This document shows positions 26,948 through 30,115 of a stretch of 30,115 nt of DNA, piece by piece. Under the pieces are notes generated by a model. It did not search any database. It had not been told where the DNA came from and saw nothing but the letters and a program-made list of their open reading frames with translations. A program made the translations under genes and the position numbers. The number at the start of each line of letters is the position of its first letter. The stretch's first letter is position 1. The stretch lies in the sequence record SRR20825010_6282, one strand, 5' to 3'.

Positions 26948-28848
26948 AAAGAAGTATTCGCACATTAAATATTTTGCCAAGGTGGATTATAGTACTAATC
27001 GACTTAGTGGTGTATTTATTATCAGCATTGGTTGGCTATTTACTTCGTTTAAATTTTAACCTTGACTCCCTTTATGAATATAATTTCCTACGAGGCATAG
27101 TTATTTTTACTCTCGCGGGGCTTATTAGCTCTCTAGCAACAAGGAGCTTTGCAGGGATCATTCGCTATACTGGCATTCAAGATACATTAAGGGTTCTCTA
27201 TGCCAGTATGATTACGCTGCTTATCGCTTTGGGAATTAATACAATCTCTGAAAATGCAATACCCTATTCCATTGCTGCCATTGCTTTTTTTGTATCCGTG
27301 GTTGTATTGACTAGCTATCGTTTGTTGGTGAAAGAACTTTTTGCGTTCTATAGAACCATCCCTCAAGTGAGTAAAAAAGTGATGATTTTTGGTGCTGGGC
27401 AATCAGGGATGACCACGAAAGAGCTATTGGATAATGATACTTCAACAAATGTTAAGGTAGTTGGCTTCTTAGAAGATAACCCTAGGAAAATAGGGAATGT
27501 ACTTGGTGGTGTTCGTATTTATTCCGCTCGAAATGACTTTCAGAAAGTGATGATTAAAAATAATCCTAGTGAATTAATCATTGCGACTACCAGTATGTCA
27601 TTAGATAGAAAAAATGAGCTTGTGGACCAATGTTTAGAGTTTGGAATTAAAGTGTCCACCGTTCCCTCTGCAGACCAGTGGATAGGAGGAGAGTTTGGTA
27701 TCGATCAAATTCATGAAGTTAGAATTGAAGACCTTCTAGGTCGAAATCCAATTAACCTAAAAAATAAATTTGTAAATCAAGAGCTGTCAGGTAAGAGTAT
27801 CCTTGTTACGGGTGCAGCAGGCTCAATAGGATCGGAATTAGCCAGGCAAATTATTAGATACAATCCATCTAAACTGATTTTATTGGATCAGTCTGAGTCT
27901 GGACTTTTTGAGATTGAAAATGAAATACGCGGTTTAAAATCACTCGGGGAAACACTGGTTTGTTATGTGGCGGATGTAACAAATTCGAAAAGGTTAAGGA
28001 GAATGTTCAGTCAGTATAGGCCCGAATTTGTCTTTCATGCTGCGGCCTATAAGCATGTACCTATGATGGAGATTAATGTTCCTGAAGCCGTTGAGTGTAA
28101 CCTTATGGGGACAAGGAATTTGGCCGATTTATCAGTAGAGTATGACGTCAAGAAATTTGTAATGATTTCGACTGATAAAGCCGTTAACCCTACAAGTGTA
28201 ATGGGTGCAACCAAGCGGGCGGCCGAAATTTATGTGCAGTCTCTTAATAGCCTATTATCAGAAATTGAGGCAGATAGGCCAACGCTTTTTATTACAACAA
28301 GATTTGGAAATGTATTAGGGTCAAATGGCTCTGTTATTCCGATTTTCCAAAAGCAAATTCAGCGAGGGGGACCCATTACAGTAACCCATCCAGAAATAAC
28401 TCGGTATTTTATGACAATATCTGAAGCTTGTAGTCTCGTATTGGAAGCAGGTGTAATGGGGAATGGGGGCGAGATTTTTGTTTTTGATATGGGTAGGTCT
28501 ATTAAAATAGTGGAGTTGGCCAAAAGAATGATTCAGCTCTCTGGGCTCAAAGAGGGTAAGGAAATTGATATTGTATTCACTGGTTTAAGGCCAGGAGAAA
28601 AGTTATATGAGGAGCTTTTGAATGATATGGAAAATACGATGAGCACTCATCATCCTAAGATAATGATTGTCAAGGTTGAACCATTAAATTTCACAAAGGT
28701 TAAATCTCACTATTCTGATTTAGAAGATTTAATCTATTCAACCTCGAGTATGGGGGATGACATGGATATGAAAATGGTGAAGGTACTAAAGTCGCTTATT
28801 CATGAGTACAGGAGTAAGGAGTCTAAGTTCTCTATGCTGGACAGGTGA
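26944..28848 (+). CDS. pglF: Membrane-anchored UDP-GlcNAc 4,6-dehydratase (PglF/CapD/WbpM family)
   Basis: Four N-terminal TM segments, FGAGQSG, IEDLLGR, TGAAGSIGSEL, HAAAYKHVP, STDKAVNPTSVMGATK, RFGNVLGSNGSV, GLRPGEKLYEEL; GTG start. Confidence 0.92.
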   Translation: MKRSIRTLNILPRWIIVLIDLVVYLLSALVGYLLRLNFNLDSLYEYNFLRGIVIFTLAGLISSLATRSFAGIIRYTGIQDTLRVLYASMITLLIALGINTISENAIPYSIAAIAFFVSVVVLTSYRLLVKELFAFYRTIPQVSKKVMIFGAGQSGMTTKELLDNDTSTNVKVVGFLEDNPRKIGNVLGGVRIYSARNDFQKVMIKNNPSELIIATTSMSLDRKNELVDQCLEFGIKVSTVPSADQWIGGEFGIDQIHEVRIEDLLGRNPINLKNKFVNQELSGKSILVTGAAGSIGSELARQIIRYNPSKLILLDQSESGLFEIENEIRGLKSLGETLVCYVADVTNSKRLRRMFSQYRPEFVFHAAAYKHVPMMEINVPEAVECNLMGTRNLADLSVEYDVKKFVMISTDKAVNPTSVMGATKRAAEIYVQSLNSLLSEIEADRPTLFITTRFGNVLGSNGSVIPIFQKQIQRGGPITVTHPEITRYFMTISEACSLVLEAGVMGNGGEIFVFDMGRSIKIVELAKRMIQLSGLKEGKEIDIVFTGLRPGEKLYEELLNDMENTMSTHHPKIMIVKVEPLNFTKVKSHYSDLEDLIYSTSSMGDDMDMKMVKVLKSLIHEYRSKESKFSMLDR

Positions 28849-28924
28849 CCTGCGTTAGGATATACAGTAAAGTCTACCTCAGGATCCTTAATCTCAATTG
28901 AATCGTTCATTCTAAAGAGATTAA

Positions 28925-28973
28925 TAAACAAAAATGGTCGGTTCATATTATATGAACCGACCATTTTTGTTTA
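28925..28973. terminator. Bidirectional intrinsic terminator between convergent genes
   Basis: Perfect 23-bp inverted repeat TAAACAAAAATGGTCGGTTCATA-tta-TATGAACCGACCATTTTTGTTTA with a T-tract on each strand. Confidence 0.88.
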
Positions 28974-28991
28974 ACAGACACTACATTCAAG

Positions 28992-29897
28992 TTACCTGAA
29001 CTTTGGTTGTTTTCTTGATGGGGAAAATAACTCTTGTAAGAAGTTACTCCCTAAGTACATTTCTAATCGCGCTTGAAATATGTAATATGAGTCATTTTTT
29101 AACGGATTGCCTCTATCATCTCCAGGTTTACTGGCTTCGAATCCGCCCTCTACACTTCTGTCGGTTAAAGCCTTAGCTAAGGCTGATTTTTCGGTGTTTT
29201 CACCAAAAAGAATATCAAACTGACTCTTATCAACGTGGTCAGTACTAACATCATCTAAATAATCAGTAAACGTACGTCTGTAACCGGCTTCCAACAAAAT
29301 ATCTATTGATTCAGTAGCTTTTAGTCTTACCCCAAAACCAATGGGTATAACCATAACCCTTCCTGGATAAGGTGTCAATTCAGTTTGTAAGGGTCTCAAT
29401 GGAACCCAATCTCCTTCATAGAATGTCTTTGGATTATTAGTGGTGAGCCCAAGACCAGCAAAGATGTATGGGTTGAGAATAGGCCTTGTGGTATAGGAGT
29501 TATTTATTGGAACCAAATTGAAAAGAAACATGCCAGATAACTCTAGGTTATTTGATTTAAAGGATAAGTTTCTTTTTTTTCGTGAATCCGCTCTACCCGC
29601 TATTTCTCGTGATCTAAGACTTTGATTTGCTGAATCTGTACCACTGATTTGATACCAGTTAAAATCTAGTCTAAAGCTTAACTGTGAACCTAGTTTTTTC
29701 CGAAGTCCTATGCCAGCATTTGGTGTTGCCGTCAAACCATCATAGATAACATCGTGTAAGTCACCATTATAGTTGGACAATCCCAAGCCAAATGAAAGCA
29801 TAGTAGTTCTGTCACGCCTACTGGAGTAGAAGCCTTGTGCATTGACAGTGTCAACTATAATAAAAATTAATAGAAAAATAAGTATTACTTTTTTCAT
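28992..29897 (-). CDS. DUF6089-family outer-membrane beta-barrel protein (PorG-related family)
   Basis: Signal peptide MKKVILIFLLIFIIVDTVNA-Q (ATG 29897 preferred over 29939); GLSNYNGDL, RNLSFKS, YRRTFTDYLDDVS, RGNPLKNDSY motifs. Confidence 0.75.
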   Translation of the reverse strand: MKKVILIFLLIFIIVDTVNAQGFYSSRRDRTTMLSFGLGLSNYNGDLHDVIYDGLTATPNAGIGLRKKLGSQLSFRLDFNWYQISGTDSANQSLRSREIAGRADSRKKRNLSFKSNNLELSGMFLFNLVPINNSYTTRPILNPYIFAGLGLTTNNPKTFYEGDWVPLRPLQTELTPYPGRVMVIPIGFGVRLKATESIDILLEAGYRRTFTDYLDDVSTDHVDKSQFDILFGENTEKSALAKALTDRSVEGGFEASKPGDDRGNPLKNDSYYIFQARLEMYLGSNFLQELFSPSRKQPKFR

Positions 29898-29936
29898 TCC
29901 GAATACACAGATGTGTAAAAATACAAGCTTAAAAAC

Positions 29937-29974
29937 CATTTATATATATGTGAAAAACATTTATATATATGTGA
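29937..29974. repeat. Tandem 17-bp direct repeat CATTTATATATATGTGA x2 (21-bp period)
   Basis: Identical copies at 29937-29953 and 29958-29974; each contains an imperfect palindrome CATTTATATATATG. Confidence 0.85.
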
Positions 29975-30007
29975 CGGTTATGTTAAACGTACTTCGGTGA
30001 GGCGGGG

Positions 30008-30015
30008 CAAAGGTA
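30008..30015 (-). promoter_or_regulatory. Bacteroidota housekeeping promoter -7 element for the DUF6089 gene
   Basis: Minus strand reads TACCTTTG, matching the TAnnTTTG consensus, about 110 bp upstream of the start codon. No clean -33 TTTG seen. Confidence 0.6.
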
Positions 30016-30035
30016 TGTATATTACTCTGAAATAG

Positions 30036-30066
30036 AAAATCCTTTGGTAAAATACCAAAGGATTTT
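30036..30066 (-). terminator. Intrinsic terminator downstream of the tRNA
   Basis: 14-bp inverted repeat AAAATCCTTTGGTA-aaa-TACCAAAGGATTTT immediately 3' of the tRNA; minus strand ends in TTTTCTATTT. Confidence 0.75.
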
Positions 30067-30070
30067 TAAG

Positions 30071-30115
30071 TGCACCCGGAAGGAGTCGAACCCTCAACCC
30101 CCAGAGCCGAAATCT
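30071..30115 (-). tRNA. tRNA-Arg (anticodon TCG), 3' half; 5' part lies beyond the window; CCA not encoded
   Basis: Minus strand: AGA-TTTCGGC-TCT anticodon arm (TCG at 30110-30108), GAGGG-TTCGACT-CCTTC T arm, CGGGTGC-A acceptor strand and discriminator. Confidence 0.88.

Noticed and set aside
4874-27402. Numerous short (61-117 aa) antisense or alternate-frame ORFs in the ORF track, e.g. 5559-5861, 17599-17952, 22950-23192, 25600-25893
   Set aside because: All lie within or across well-supported + strand genes and show no recognisable motifs; treated as shadow ORFs.
28925-28973. MITE or REP-like mobile element
   Set aside because: Single copy, no target duplication seen, and position plus T-tracts fit a bidirectional terminator.
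29937-29974. CRISPR array
   Set aside because: Only two 17-bp copies with a 4-bp spacer and no cas genes.
30071-30115. tRNA-anchored genomic island carrying the polysaccharide locus
   Set aside because: No integrase, no duplicated tRNA 3' end noticed, and a DUF6089 gene lies between the tRNA and the locus.

Overview
Nearly the whole window (<1-28848, + strand, tightly packed, often translationally coupled genes) is the middle and distal part of a large surface-polysaccharide (O-antigen/capsule-type) biosynthesis locus. The host is inferred to be a Bacteroidota bacterium, from a TAnnTTTG promoter, a DUF6089 gene and no obvious Shine-Dalgarno motifs. The locus has four parts. (1) A pseudaminic-acid pathway (pseB, pseC, pseH, pseI, SpsF-type cytidylyltransferase) expanded by a methyltransferase, aldo-keto reductase, class III aminotransferase, second GNAT and MaoC hydratase, with no recognisable pseG in the window; a KpsS-like candidate nonulosonate transferase follows. 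(2) Glycosyltransferases and tailoring enzymes (GT2, GT4s, AsnB amidotransferase, two more methyltransferases). (3) A second cassette of unknown product (divergent NeuA-like cytidylyltransferase, 2-hydroxyacid dehydrogenase, SDR, HAD) with a sialyltransferase-like gene nearby. (4) A Wzy/ligase-family gene and a PglC/D/E/F-like bacillosamine initiation module. A 23-bp inverted-repeat terminator separates the locus from a convergent DUF6089 beta-barrel gene, which has a Bacteroidota promoter and a tandem 17-bp repeat upstream. A partial tRNA-Arg(TCG) lies at the right edge. Best leads: a possible pathway to an extra-aminated, hydroxybutyrylated nonulosonic acid, a second orphan CMP-sugar cassette, and a heptamer tandem repeat inside pseC. 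All functional calls come from motif recognition by eye; no searches were run.
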